DNA from: Gemmatales bacterium
GTDB taxonomy: Bacteria; Planctomycetota; Planctomycetia; Gemmatales; HRBIN36
DNA length: 64,000 nucleotides
Assembly (NCBI GenBank): GCA_041640595.1
Contig: JBEPZY010000005.1
Location: forward strand, 224,001-288,000
Reading direction: 5' to 3'
Part shown: positions 40,675 through 50,968 of the stretch, piece after piece
How the letters are laid out: every line of letters starts with the position of its first letter
How positions within the stretch are numbered: position 1 is the stretch's first letter
Position numbers and translations under genes: made by a program
Notes under the pieces: model-generated
Seen by the model: only the letters and a program-made list of their open reading frames with translations
Database searches by the model: none
Told to the model about the DNA's origin: nothing

Positions 40675-43542
40675 TTAGGGCAGCTTTCGGTGGCACAAAG
40701 GCTGCAAGCAAATGACCGGCTCGCGTGCAAGGCATTCGCGCAGCGGCGTCAGGTCGGGCAATCCCAGCGCAGCAGCAATCGCCTGATCTATCTGCTTCCG
40801 CACAGGGTCGCTCGCCATCTGCGGCAACGGCTGCAACAGCTGGTGACAAAGGTTGTTGAAAGTCCTATCTAGTTGGTTTATTTTTTTACGCGAAAGCTTC
40901 CTTACGTCCAGAACCGGCAATTCGTTCAGCGATTCCTTTTTGAAATCTACCCACGCACCTTCCGTTTCTTGACGATTGCCAAGAAGCAAGAGCAGTCCCA
41001 AGGTGCTGTTAAGCCAGAGTATCAGTGACTTGGCGTACTGATTTCTTAGCGTTTCGTCCAACTCGTTCAATTTAAAAGGCCACCACACATTTGCAAGGAC
41101 GGGCCGCTCTATGTAGAGCGCTGCCAACCGCTGTGTGTTTAGCCGCATTCGTTCCGCTAGTAGGATATCGCCCGCGTGATTCCACAGGTTCTTTGCTTGT
41201 TCGGACAGTCCTGACTTCGGAGAGAGATGAGCGTTAGGCAGTTGTTGCAGCGTGGTAACCTTTTCAGCGTCGTGTCCCCAGAAGGCGGGATACTGCGTTG
41301 CCGTGCTAGCGCCGTGAAGCACATCGAACGCCGTATGCACGCCTCGTCTGTCGGGTCCCAACTCGCCCAGTTCGCGTAGGAGCGCGAGGGGGATCTTGAC
41401 CCCCGCGTACGCGTGCTCCGTCTGAAGTGTCAGCAGGGCATCCCTCAACTCTCTTTGGGCGAAGGCGCAGGGCAGCATCCAGTGGGGCAGGCTTTTGAAC
41501 TGCGGGTCGGGCAGGTAGAGCGCCTCGCCCCATTTGGAGTGGCCCAGCCACAGGTCGAAGGTCTGCATCTGATTGCCCGCAGGGGCGAGTTTGCGCACCT
41601 CTTCGGCGAGTAGCAGCGCGTCGAAGGGATTGTCGGGGTTGCGCCAGAGGTTGAGGCAGAGCGTGCCGCCGCCGTCGGACGCCTTGCGTGCGATGAGGAG
41701 CGACTCGCTCAGGTTGGTGTTCTCGCTGAAGTTCCAGCGTGTGGGGTCATGGCTGACGATGAGGTACTCGAGCGCGTAGTTGTTGGTCAGCAGGTCGCGC
41801 GACTTCTGCCACGCGGGTCCCGAAAGCAGTGTTTTTGGCAGCACGAAGGCGAGCCGTCCGCTCGGTTTCAGGTAGCGGTCGGCGAGGGCGATAAAAACGG
41901 CGCCCAGCCCCGCTGTGATGGACGCCTCCGCGCCGTTTCGCTCGCACCAGTCTTGGAATGCTTTTTGCATGCGGGTGCGTTCGGGTTCGGGCAGCGAGCC
42001 GAACAGCAGGTTGTCGCCGCAGGTGCGCGTGAAGGGCGGGTTCATGCAGACCAGATCGAGTGCGGGCAGGCGCAGCGGTTCGGGCTGGCGATGGGCGTCG
42101 GTGGCGCGTTCGGCGGTCTGCCTGAACTCAGGGTAGAGGGAGAGTTGGGGGGCGACAGGCGCGCCGCCCAGCAGGTCTAGGCTCCCAAAGCGCGGAATCT
42201 CGCCCCCGTTCTCGCGCACGAAGCCCAGCGGCATGGTGTAGAGGCGCATCCCGCGTACCATCACTTCGGGGATGGGCAACGCGAGCGTCGACGCCGTCAG
42301 ATGCACCGCCGACTGCAACACATCGAGACCATACACGCCCTCCTCCAGAAGATTCCTTAGCAGCTGCTTGCGCTGTTCAGGGCTTGGCGGAGTCCCCATG
42401 CGCAGGTAGTTGTCCACAATCGCCTGCAACGCCGCCATCAGCAGCGTGCCGGTGCCACATGCCAAATCTGCCAAGCGTAGTCGCCCTACTGCTTCGGGGT
42501 CGCTCCAATCCAGCTGCCAGCGATGCGGATCGAGCGCGAGGCGCAGCAGCAGTGTCGCCGACGCCACGGAAGTGTAGAAGGTGCCCAGGGGCTTGGCTAT
42601 ATCGCCCAGCAGGAGGTGGTAGATACGCCCTGCCAAATCGTGGCGCAGCATCACGCGCTGGCGTGTCAGCCCCTGGATGATAGGCACGCACTGGGTCAAC
42701 GCCTGATCGAGCGTGCGGTCAGGTGACAGGTTCCGTAGCAGGCGGCGCGCCAGATCGAAGACCGCATGATAGTTGATTTGCTTCAGGATGAGTTCCCATT
42801 GCTGCAGGAGTGTCTCGTGAAGGGAACCCGTTTCGCGGCACTCTTGGAGCGTGCGCACGCGTGCGTCGACACGGGTCAGCTCCTCGTGGAACAGCATAGC
42901 GTTCAACAGCACCAGCGCGGCGATTCGTCGGACGGCCGTCGTCTGCTTCACCTGATTGGGGTCGATGGCGCGGGCATCGATGCCGAGCGGTTCAGCCAGG
43001 CGGGCATCGGGGACTTTCAACACGTCGAGGCTTCGGTCAAGCGTCTTGATGGCCTGTTGCATCTGTTGGACGGCTCGGCGTACTTCATCTTCGGAGATGA
43101 GCGTTTGATAGGCCTGCTGGAGCGCGGCGGTGAGCGCGTTCAGGTCACCCGTGCGCCAACCAGGTTCATCAGGAATAGGGGGTGTGCAGAGGCTGAAGCG
43201 CAAGGAAGCCTGGCGCAGCGCGTCCGTGAGTTGGGCAGGCATCAGTGAGCGCAAGCGAGCCGGATACACCAGTGCGAGCGCGATATGCGCCAGCCCTTGC
43301 TGCACGCGCTCCACTGCTTTCTCCCACGCCCGTTTATCTGCCTGCGGTTGGTCGTCGACCTCGCCTTCAATCATCAGATACAGCCCGCGAAAGGGCAGCA
43401 GCAAGTCGGGCATCGCGCCCTGTGGAAGTCGTTGCTCGGGCAAAGCAATCAGCCCCTGCTGATTGAGTAGGCGCGCCAGCTCTGCGTTCAACACCTCCTG
43501 GCGTGTTCCCGCTTGTCCTTGCTTTGCCGTCTTCCTCAGCAT
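40675..43542 (-). CDS. Single-chain Type IIG-like restriction-modification enzyme (amino-methyltransferase with N-terminal nuclease-like domain and C-terminal specificity domain)
   Basis: GTFYT (motif X), DLACGTG (motif I), NPPF (motif IV), GRLAFVLP, FSENTNLSE; N-terminal PD..IEGE. Confidence 0.85.
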   Translation of the reverse strand: MLRKTAKQGQAGTRQEVLNAELARLLNQQGLIALPEQRLPQGAMPDLLLPFRGLYLMIEGEVDDQPQADKRAWEKAVERVQQGLAHIALALVYPARLRSLMPAQLTDALRQASLRFSLCTPPIPDEPGWRTGDLNALTAALQQAYQTLISEDEVRRAVQQMQQAIKTLDRSLDVLKVPDARLAEPLGIDARAIDPNQVKQTTAVRRIAALVLLNAMLFHEELTRVDARVRTLQECRETGSLHETLLQQWELILKQINYHAVFDLARRLLRNLSPDRTLDQALTQCVPIIQGLTRQRVMLRHDLAGRIYHLLLGDIAKPLGTFYTSVASATLLLRLALDPHRWQLDWSDPEAVGRLRLADLACGTGTLLMAALQAIVDNYLRMGTPPSPEQRKQLLRNLLEEGVYGLDVLQSAVHLTASTLALPIPEVMVRGMRLYTMPLGFVRENGGEIPRFGSLDLLGGAPVAPQLSLYPEFRQTAERATDAHRQPEPLRLPALDLVCMNPPFTRTCGDNLLFGSLPEPERTRMQKAFQDWCERNGAEASITAGLGAVFIALADRYLKPSGRLAFVLPKTLLSGPAWQKSRDLLTNNYALEYLIVSHDPTRWNFSENTNLSESLLIARKASDGGGTLCLNLWRNPDNPFDALLLAEEVRKLAPAGNQMQTFDLWLGHSKWGEALYLPDPQFKSLPHWMLPCAFAQRELRDALLTLQTEHAYAGVKIPLALLRELGELGPDRRGVHTAFDVLHGASTATQYPAFWGHDAEKVTTLQQLPNAHLSPKSGLSEQAKNLWNHAGDILLAERMRLNTQRLAALYIERPVLANVWWPFKLNELDETLRNQYAKSLILWLNSTLGLLLLLGNRQETEGAWVDFKKESLNELPVLDVRKLSRKKINQLDRTFNNLCHQLLQPLPQMASDPVRKQIDQAIAAALGLPDLTPLRECLAREPVICLQPLCHRKLP

Positions 43543-43967
43543 GGCTCGCTCCCTTTGCCAAGTCCGAAATGCTCGCTAGGCATGCGTGACTTGTGAATGC
43601 GCGACCGTATTCCTCGCTCAGCCAGTAGTTTGCCACCGATTACCGAAGACGCGGTGACTTGGAGCTGAGTCTTCCATCGGCGGTGACTTGAGGACACGCC
43701 GGGAATCTTTCCCAAGTTCAGCCAACGGCCTAAGCCTATAGGCAAATATACTAGCTCTGTTGACGTATTCGGTAGCTTTATTCTTTATTGTAGGTTATAG
43801 CCACAGGGCTGTCGTGAGGAAATAGAATACAAGCCAAACGGCGGAAGCAATCGGACGAATGGGAAGCTTCATTCGGGCGAAGAATCGGCATTAGCGCCGG
43901 GGGGAGAAACGTTATAATTGGCGGCCTGGAAGTGTGGTCTCCCCTTTCCCGATAGCAGGTGTCAGCG

Positions 43968-44804
43968 ATGCGGCGAATTGCCATCATCAATCAGAAAGGC
44001 GGCGTGGGCAAGACGACGACTGCGGTGAACCTGTCGGCAGCCCTGGCGCTGAGCGGCCAGCGTGTGTGCGTGCTCGATCTCGATCCCCAGGCGCATGCGA
44101 CGGCTCATTTCGGCATCGCTGCCGATGGGCAGATACCCTCTATGTACGATGTTCTGGTCGAATCCCGGCCGTTGGCGGAAGTGCGGCGAGAGGTCGGCCC
44201 AGGATTATGGCTATGCCCTTCCGATATTGACTTGGCAGCTGCGGAAGTCGAATTGGCGGGTGTGGTGGGACGTGAGGTCATTCTCCGCGATGCCCTGGAG
44301 CAGGACAAGGAAACTTTCGATTACATCTTGATGGACTGTGCCCCGTCGCTGGGGGTGTTGACGCTCAACGCACTTGCAGCGGCTTCCGAGGTTTTCATCC
44401 CCTTGCAACCGCATTTTCTGGCCCTGCACGGTTTAGGGAAACTTCTGGAGACCTGCGGACTGGTGGCGCGGCGAGTCAACCCAGGACTGCGCGTAACTGG
44501 CATAGTGATCTGCATGTACGATGCCAGCACTCGTTTGGCCAATGAGGTTATCAGCGATCTCGAAGCGTACCTGGAAAAGTCGCGGTCACAACCGGTTCCC
44601 TGGTCAGGTGCCCGCATTTTCCAGACACGCATCCGTCGCAACATCAAATTGGCTGAATGTCCCGGGCATGGCCTGACCATCTTCCAGTATGAGCCGAAAA
44701 GCCACGGGGCCGAGGATTACAGTGCCTTGTGTCAGGAGGTGTTACGCCAGGCCCAGGAACTGCCGCTCGCCCAAACTTCCACCCCAACCTCCCACGCCGC
44801 CTGA
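43968..44804 (+). CDS. parA: ParA/Soj family ATPase
   Basis: NQKGGVGKTT deviant Walker A, DLDPQ, DCAPSLG, IRRNIKLAE.P. Confidence 0.92.
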   Translation: MRRIAIINQKGGVGKTTTAVNLSAALALSGQRVCVLDLDPQAHATAHFGIAADGQIPSMYDVLVESRPLAEVRREVGPGLWLCPSDIDLAAAEVELAGVVGREVILRDALEQDKETFDYILMDCAPSLGVLTLNALAAASEVFIPLQPHFLALHGLGKLLETCGLVARRVNPGLRVTGIVICMYDASTRLANEVISDLEAYLEKSRSQPVPWSGARIFQTRIRRNIKLAECPGHGLTIFQYEPKSHGAEDYSALCQEVLRQAQELPLAQTSTPTSHAA

Positions 44805-45019
44805 CGCCCGCTGCACATCGCTATGTGCAAAACGTCGGATTGGCGATAAGCGTTCCCGCGCGTGAGGTGTAATCGTTCGTATCTGAATGTACTGGGAGTT
44901 GCCGAAGGGCAAGTGGGTAAGCGTTGCTTTGCGGTGGTGGGGCGAATTGAGCGGCGTGGCAAGCGGCGAAGGTTTTATACAATTTCACCGGTCGTCTCAG
45001 GGCAGTCGTGGGGTGGAAT

Positions 45020-46321
45020 ATGAGCGCCGGTTTGGAATTGCACCACAACGAAGGTGAAATCACTGCAGAAATCCGAGCCTATTGCGAGACGCTCGCACGC
45101 CAGGCTAAGGAAGCCTCGCGGCAACTGGCTCAGGTTCGCGGACAGGCAAAGGATGCCGCCTTGCGCCTGGCAGCCGCCCACTTGCGAGCTCGCCAGGAAG
45201 AAATTCTCGAAGCGAACCGTCAGGATTTGCAGCGGGCCGAGGAGTTCGGTCTGACGTCGGCTCAGATAGACCGGTTACAGCTAACGCCCAAACGCCTGGA
45301 AGCCATGGCTGCGGGTCTGGAAGCAGTGGCAGCGCTTCCGGACCCGGTCGGCCAGATTATTGAAGGTTCGGTGCGTCCGAACGGTCTGGAGGTGCGGCGC
45401 GTGCGAGTGCCGCTGGGAGTGCTATTTTTCATTTACGAATCCCGCCCCAACGTGACCGCAGATGCTGCTGCATTGGCCGTCAAGAGTGGCAACGCGATCA
45501 TTTTGCGTGGCGGCAAAGAAGCGCTGGCGTCGAACCTGGCCATTTTTCGCGTGCTGCGGGATTGTTTTCACGGTGCTGGTTTGCCGGAACACGCGGTGCA
45601 ACTGGTGGACCGACCGGAACGATCGGTGGTGCAGCAGTTTTTGCGATTACCTCAGTACATAGACCTGGTGATTCCACGTGGTGGCGAGAGTTTGATTCGC
45701 ACGGTAGCCCAACACGCTCAGATGCCTGTGCTCAAACACTATAAAGGCAACTGTCATGTGTACGTGGATGCCGCAGCAGACCTGGAGATGGCGGAACGGA
45801 TTGTCATCAATGCCAAGTGTCAGCGTCCCGGTGTGTGCAATGCGGCCGAGAGTTTACTGGTGCACCAGGCGATTGCTGCCACCTTCCTGCCGCGTATTGG
45901 CCGTGCTCTGGAAGAGCGGGGCGTGGAGTTGCGCGGTTGCGAACAGACACGGCGTCATTTGCCGCACATCCGGCCGGCCACCGAAGAGGATTTCGCTGCC
46001 GAATATCTGGATTTGATAATGTCGGTGAAAGTGGTGCGCGATCTGGAAGAGGCTATCGCGCACATCAACCGTTACGGTTCGGGCCATACCGATGCCATCG
46101 TCACCCGCGACCTGGAAGCAGCGCGGCGTTTCGTGGCCGGAGTGGATTCCGCGGCCGTCATGGTCAACGCCAGCACACGTTTCCACGATGGTTACGAATT
46201 TGGCCTGGGGGCGGAAATCGGCATCAGCACCGACAAGTTTCACGCCCGAGGCCCGTGTGGGCTGGTGGAATTGACCAGCTATAAGTGGGTGGTGATGGGT
46301 ACGGGGCAGATACGCGAATGA
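45020..46321 (+). CDS. proA: Gamma-glutamyl phosphate reductase
   Basis: [49 protein letters not shown]. Confidence 0.97.
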   Translation: MSAGLELHHNEGEITAEIRAYCETLARQAKEASRQLAQVRGQAKDAALRLAAAHLRARQEEILEANRQDLQRAEEFGLTSAQIDRLQLTPKRLEAMAAGLEAVAALPDPVGQIIEGSVRPNGLEVRRVRVPLGVLFFIYESRPNVTADAAALAVKSGNAIILRGGKEALASNLAIFRVLRDCFHGAGLPEHAVQLVDRPERSVVQQFLRLPQYIDLVIPRGGESLIRTVAQHAQMPVLKHYKGNCHVYVDAAADLEMAERIVINAKCQRPGVCNAAESLLVHQAIAATFLPRIGRALEERGVELRGCEQTRRHLPHIRPATEEDFAAEYLDLIMSVKVVRDLEEAIAHINRYGSGHTDAIVTRDLEAARRFVAGVDSAAVMVNASTRFHDGYEFGLGAEIGISTDKFHARGPCGLVELTSYKWVVMGTGQIRE

Positions 46322-46412
46322 CGCTTCCGGCTCCAGCTCGTATCCTGAATTAGCAGCAGAGCGATTGCGGCGCAACCGGGAGAGCGCCAGTGGCACCACG
46401 AGGAGTCCGGAC

Positions 46413-47984
46413 ATGTGGGAGATAACAACGGTACTGGCAGCGGTGACGCTGGCGCTACTGGGCGTGGCTCTGGGTTGGCTGTTGCGGCGACAGAGTTCGC
46501 CCACCAGTTCCGTGTCGCCGGTTACATTGCAGCACCTGGCTCTTTATCAGGCCGGGCAACTGGACCTGGAAGCGGTGGAGCGAACCAAACGTCGCTTTGA
46601 ACGCTGGTTAGCGCATGGTCATGTGGAACGGGTGTTGCGGGAGATGCAGCCCGGCACGGGTTTCCTGGTATCGGTACGGGCGCTGATGGAAATCGGAACC
46701 GAAGATGCTTGCCGCATTCTCGAAAGCCAGCTTTCCCAGCGGCTGTGCGATGACCCGCTCGACCAGAGCTGGTACTGGCTCGATCTGGCCAACAGTCTCC
46801 GCCATTTGCAACGCGAACAGAGTCTGCCACTGTTGCTCGATTGTTTGCACCAGGCTGATGAGTTTCCCCTGGTGCAGTATCTGGCGGCGGAGATTGTAAG
46901 TTTCACGAGCTTTGATCAGTATCTGCGCGACCTGGACGAGGAGCGTGGCAGGGCGGCATTACGGTGGTTGTTGCGGGCCCTGGAAGGACTGCGTTTTGGT
47001 GTTCCCCCTCAGGTGCTGGTGGAAGCACGCCTGGGGGACACCTTAGCCTCGCTTTGTGAGCAGTTGCCGGACAAACCAGACCCGCTGATCCTGCGGCTGT
47101 TCCGTGAATGCCAGCGGCTGATACGCCGACGCGGTTTGCTGGAGCGCTGGCTGGAAAACGACTCGCCGGAATTGGAAATGGTTCGTTTGCAAGTAGGTGT
47201 GCTCGAAAGTCTGCAGCCGGTTATGCTCGAATATCTGGCCGAGCAGGGCCCGGCACTGGTGCGTCGGCTGGGCGAGTTCGTTGATCGGCATTTACGAGAT
47301 GCTCTCTGGGCGGTTTACGATTTGCGTCTGGAGGCAGGCGAGGAACTGATTTCTCTGTACCGGCATAGCCCAGCCCATCGAGACCTGATTATTCAGGCGA
47401 TGCGGTGGTCGCGGCACAGCCAGGTGCCGGTGTTATTGCTGGAGGAAGGGAACCTGCTGCTACAGCGCTTGAGCCGGGTTATGACCCGCTATCGTTTCAT
47501 GAAACCGCGTCAGCTGGAGTCAGACCGTTTACAAGCCGCGGCCATTTTGTTTGCCCTGCGTGGTCACGATTCTCCAGAGGTGGAATCTTTCCTGCTGACC
47601 GCAGCAGGTCATCCGGAACCGAAGCTGCGTGCGCTGGCGCTAAGCAGTCTGGGCTGGCAAAGCCTTTACCAGCCTGAAGCTGTGTTGTTGCGGTTACGCC
47701 AGGCCCGACTGGATCCCCATCCGGAGGTGCGTCAGGCAGCGCGTGCGAGTTTGGCCCGGCTGGGAGAACGGCAGGCATTAGACTGGTTCAGCCAGGCACT
47801 TCGTAGCCGCGACACCTCGCGCGTCCTGGAGGCGATTCAGACTATTGTCGTGGAGCATATCACCTTGCTCTGGCCGGAGCTCGATCGCCTGGCCGATGCT
47901 GACGACCTCGACATCGCCTGCCTGGTTCATGAAGGGCTGATGCAGATGCGCGAGGAACTCGATTATGCCAGGCCGGCACGATGA
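46413..47984 (+). CDS. Membrane-anchored HEAT-repeat/alpha-solenoid protein
   Basis: N-terminal TM; DPHPEVRQAARASLARLG HEAT pattern; AGGAG SD before ATG 46413. Confidence 0.75.
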   Translation: MWEITTVLAAVTLALLGVALGWLLRRQSSPTSSVSPVTLQHLALYQAGQLDLEAVERTKRRFERWLAHGHVERVLREMQPGTGFLVSVRALMEIGTEDACRILESQLSQRLCDDPLDQSWYWLDLANSLRHLQREQSLPLLLDCLHQADEFPLVQYLAAEIVSFTSFDQYLRDLDEERGRAALRWLLRALEGLRFGVPPQVLVEARLGDTLASLCEQLPDKPDPLILRLFRECQRLIRRRGLLERWLENDSPELEMVRLQVGVLESLQPVMLEYLAEQGPALVRRLGEFVDRHLRDALWAVYDLRLEAGEELISLYRHSPAHRDLIIQAMRWSRHSQVPVLLLEEGNLLLQRLSRVMTRYRFMKPRQLESDRLQAAAILFALRGHDSPEVESFLLTAAGHPEPKLRALALSSLGWQSLYQPEAVLLRLRQARLDPHPEVRQAARASLARLGERQALDWFSQALRSRDTSRVLEAIQTIVVEHITLLWPELDRLADADDLDIACLVHEGLMQMREELDYARPAR

Positions 47985-48114
47985 TGCCTCCCGGTGCTTT
48001 TAACCGTGTCCTGCCACTCCAAATGTGTTCCTGCTTGCCTGTAGCGCTGCATCTGCTGACAGGCACCATTGGCTCTGCTAGAAAAGATAACGTCGCCAGC
48101 CGCGAAAACCGCAT

Positions 48115-48139
48115 GCCTGATCCCGGCTCCAGGCTTTTT
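48115..48139 (+). terminator. Weak terminator-like hairpin
   Basis: GCCTG-N10-CAGGC followed by TTTTT. Confidence 0.35.
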
Positions 48140-48209
48140 GAGAAGCGAAAGCGGAAACCGCCTGGGAAACACCCGTTCCCGGCTTGGCTCAGCTAGGTGA
48201 CAGTAAGCC

Positions 48210-48569
48210 ATGACCCCAGGGGGCAATCCATCGAATCCGGCCAGTGAGACCGCTCGCCGAATCTACACCCACGCTCGCAGGGATATGCTGCTGACGGTAT
48301 GGGTCTGGGCGGTGGCGCTGGTTTGGACAGTCGGTTACTGCTGGCTGCGCGGTTATGCTCATGAACCGGACTCGCTGTGGGTGAAGCTCGGTCTGGCAAC
48401 GACCGACGCAGAAGTTCACCCTCTGCATCTCGGCATGCCCAACTGGGTTTTCTGGGGGGTAGTTTTGCCCTGGATGTTGTGTAGCTGTTTTACCATGGTG
48501 CTCTCTTTCCTCCTGCCCGATGATCCACTCGACCAGTGCAAAACTCCTGTTGACAGTGTCGGCAACTGA
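48210..48569 (+). CDS. Small two-TM YhdT/DUF997-like protein
   Basis: ARR..TM..LGMPNWVFWGV..PW..DDPLD pattern; directly upstream of a sodium:solute symporter. Confidence 0.78.
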   Translation: MTPGGNPSNPASETARRIYTHARRDMLLTVWVWAVALVWTVGYCWLRGYAHEPDSLWVKLGLATTDAEVHPLHLGMPNWVFWGVVLPWMLCSCFTMVLSFLLPDDPLDQCKTPVDSVGN

Positions 48570-48602
48570 GGTACGTGAGCGAAACGGGCGCTGGGCATCC
48601 TC

Positions 48603-50570
48603 ATGCTCGAACTCGGAAGTAATAGCGGACAGGTGCTGGTGGCTTTTGCCCTTTACCTGGTCGGAGTGGCGGCGTTGGGGGTTTTTTCTCACCGCTACCT
48701 GCGACGCGGGGAGTTCCTGCAGGAGTATTTTCTCGGCAATCGCGGTTTGGGTCCGTGGGTGCTGGCGTTGTCGGTAGCGGCAACGGCAATCAGTGGCGGC
48801 ACGTTCATGGGATTTCCCGCACTCGTTTACTCGCACGGCTGGGTGCTCATGCTCTGGATCGCCAGTTACATGGTTGTGCCGTTGACCACGATGCTTCTGC
48901 TGGGCCGACGTATCAACCAGCTCGGACGCCTGACCGGTGCGGTGACTGTGCCGGACCTGCTGCGGGATCGCTTCAATTGTCCCGCTCTGGGAATAACAGC
49001 CGGCTTGATTATCCTGCTCTTTTTGCCGTTCAATCTGGTGGCACAATTTAAAGCTGGTGCGTTGGTCATGCGGGAGGCCATGCAACCCCGTCCAAGTAGC
49101 GGCGAATGGCTCGGCCAGAAGGTGGATGAGCGACAGCATTTGATCCTGAGTTTCCGGCTCAGCAACGGTCTGGAGCTAAAACAGAAGGTTGCTCCGCCAG
49201 TCGCAAACGGGCACTGGCTCCTGGACAAAACGCATGCCGACCCTCAGGCACGCCGGGTATTGGCTGTATGGCATGACGGCGTGCAGGAACACGTCTTTGC
49301 CATAGATTTTCCCGCACCGCGCTGGCGTCTGCCAGGGTTCAAAGAGGGAATGGACGCCGGCTACCTGATCGGTTTGATCATCTTTGCGGTGACGGTGGTC
49401 GGCTACACTGCCTATGGTGGATTCTGGGCAGTTACCTGGACGGACGTGCTCGAAGGATTGGTCATGTTGATAGGAGTTGTGGTCATGGCGATGCTGGCTT
49501 TGCGTGCCGTTCCACCCTTGGAAACTGCGACCGGTACCCTGACGGGATTGGCAGCCGCCACCGCACGCTTGCAAACGTTGGATTCCCAATTGACCCAGGC
49601 ACCCGGACCGGGGCAATTTCTCCCTGGAACTCTGGCCGTGTCGTTTTTCCTGATGTGGTCGCTGATGGGGCCTGCTCAGCCGAGCACGATGGTGCGGCTG
49701 ATGTCCTTTCGCGACACTGTAAGCTGGCGGCGAGCCCTGTTCCTGATGGCCATTTACTTCAGCATTGTGTACGTTTGTCTTCCGATCATCTTTGTTTGTG
49801 CTCGGGCCATTTTTCCGACAGAATACGTCAACCGCATCGGTAGCCGTGGTTCTGCGGATAGCATCATGCCGGCGATGATTCGCTATCTCACCGCCGATCG
49901 CCCCTGGCTGGGCGGATTGTTGCTGGCGGCACCGTATGCGGCCATCATGTCCACCGTGGCTGCTTACTTGCTGACCATCTCCTCCAGTCTGGTGCGCGAC
50001 CTGCTGCAGCGAAGCCTGGGTCGCGAAATCTCGCGTGGCGTCCTGCGCAGCATCAGCTATACGACGACGGCCTTGATAGGCGTGGTGGTGTTTATCGGGG
50101 CTCTCAATCCGCCGGAGTTCCTGCAATACATCATCGTTTTTACCGGTTCGGGACTGGGCTGCACTTTTCTGGTGCCCATGCTGATGACGCTGTACTGGCG
50201 GCGGGCAACGAAAGTCGGCGTGTTGCTCGCCATGCTTGGCGGTTTCGGCGGAGTGTTCTTCTGGTACCTGGCCGGCTGGCTCGAAGGGCACGCACAATCG
50301 GCTCTGAAACACTATGCCGAGACCCTGGCGCATGCTCAGCACGATGTCGGTGTCGTACCGCCGCCACCACTTTGGGCCGAATACATTCAGACCTATCTTT
50401 CGTGGCTGCCCGGCTGGGGTCGGCCTCGCGTGGATCGCTTCACGCCACTGTATCCGTTCGGATTCGACCCGCTCGTATGCGGACTGCTCTGTTCGATGGT
50501 GGGCGGGGTGCTGGGCAGCTTACTGACCCGACCCGATCCGGAGCTGGTTCGCCGGTATTTTCCGGATTAG
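48603..50570 (+). CDS. Sodium:solute symporter, PanF-like
   Basis: EYFLGNR.LG, ISGGTFMGFP, YTAYGGFWAVTWTD, AAIMST, RDL; yhdT-panF-like gene order. Confidence 0.9.
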   Translation: MLELGSNSGQVLVAFALYLVGVAALGVFSHRYLRRGEFLQEYFLGNRGLGPWVLALSVAATAISGGTFMGFPALVYSHGWVLMLWIASYMVVPLTTMLLLGRRINQLGRLTGAVTVPDLLRDRFNCPALGITAGLIILLFLPFNLVAQFKAGALVMREAMQPRPSSGEWLGQKVDERQHLILSFRLSNGLELKQKVAPPVANGHWLLDKTHADPQARRVLAVWHDGVQEHVFAIDFPAPRWRLPGFKEGMDAGYLIGLIIFAVTVVGYTAYGGFWAVTWTDVLEGLVMLIGVVVMAMLALRAVPPLETATGTLTGLAAATARLQTLDSQLTQAPGPGQFLPGTLAVSFFLMWSLMGPAQPSTMVRLMSFRDTVSWRRALFLMAIYFSIVYVCLPIIFVCARAIFPTEYVNRIGSRGSADSIMPAMIRYLTADRPWLGGLLLAAPYAAIMSTVAAYLLTISSSLVRDLLQRSLGREISRGVLRSISYTTTALIGVVVFIGALNPPEFLQYIIVFTGSGLGCTFLVPMLMTLYWRRATKVGVLLAMLGGFGGVFFWYLAGWLEGHAQSALKHYAETLAHAQHDVGVVPPPPLWAEYIQTYLSWLPGWGRPRVDRFTPLYPFGFDPLVCGLLCSMVGGVLGSLLTRPDPELVRRYFPD

Positions 50571-50968
50571 TCATTAGCTCAGACGCCGGAAACTCAACGA
50601 GGGCGATTCGTTGCCAGTACGGTCGCAGTTGGTGATCGCGGCGGTTTCACGATTGCACAAATCGGGCGACCGCACAAATACTCCGGCAATGTGCTTCGTT
50701 GTGGGTGGTGTATCGCGATGCAGTGCCTTGCGGTCGGACGACCAGGCAGCGGTTTGCGCATAGCATAACAGTGGCGATGCTGGTGATTGTAGTCCTTGTC
50801 GCCAGCGAAACTTTCGTGCCAGCTTCGGCCAGAAACGGCGACCACGACCGGCACCAACACCACCAAACGACTGGGTGCTGATAACAACGCCATCAAAGGC
50901 TTGCGGAAAACGGGCCTGGTGCATCTGGGCCGAAACAAACGAATCAGGTCGGCACAACGAGAACAGCC

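Noticed and set aside
49176..50342. Long antisense ORFs (also 48189-49139, 53322-54491, 62707-63963 and same-strand alternate frame 60716-61741)
   Set aside because: Shadow frames of well-supported genes in GC-rich DNA
50571..50968. Short ORFs including a His-rich 60-aa peptide in the symporter-ychF gap
   Set aside because: No SD, no motif and conflicting frames; unsupported
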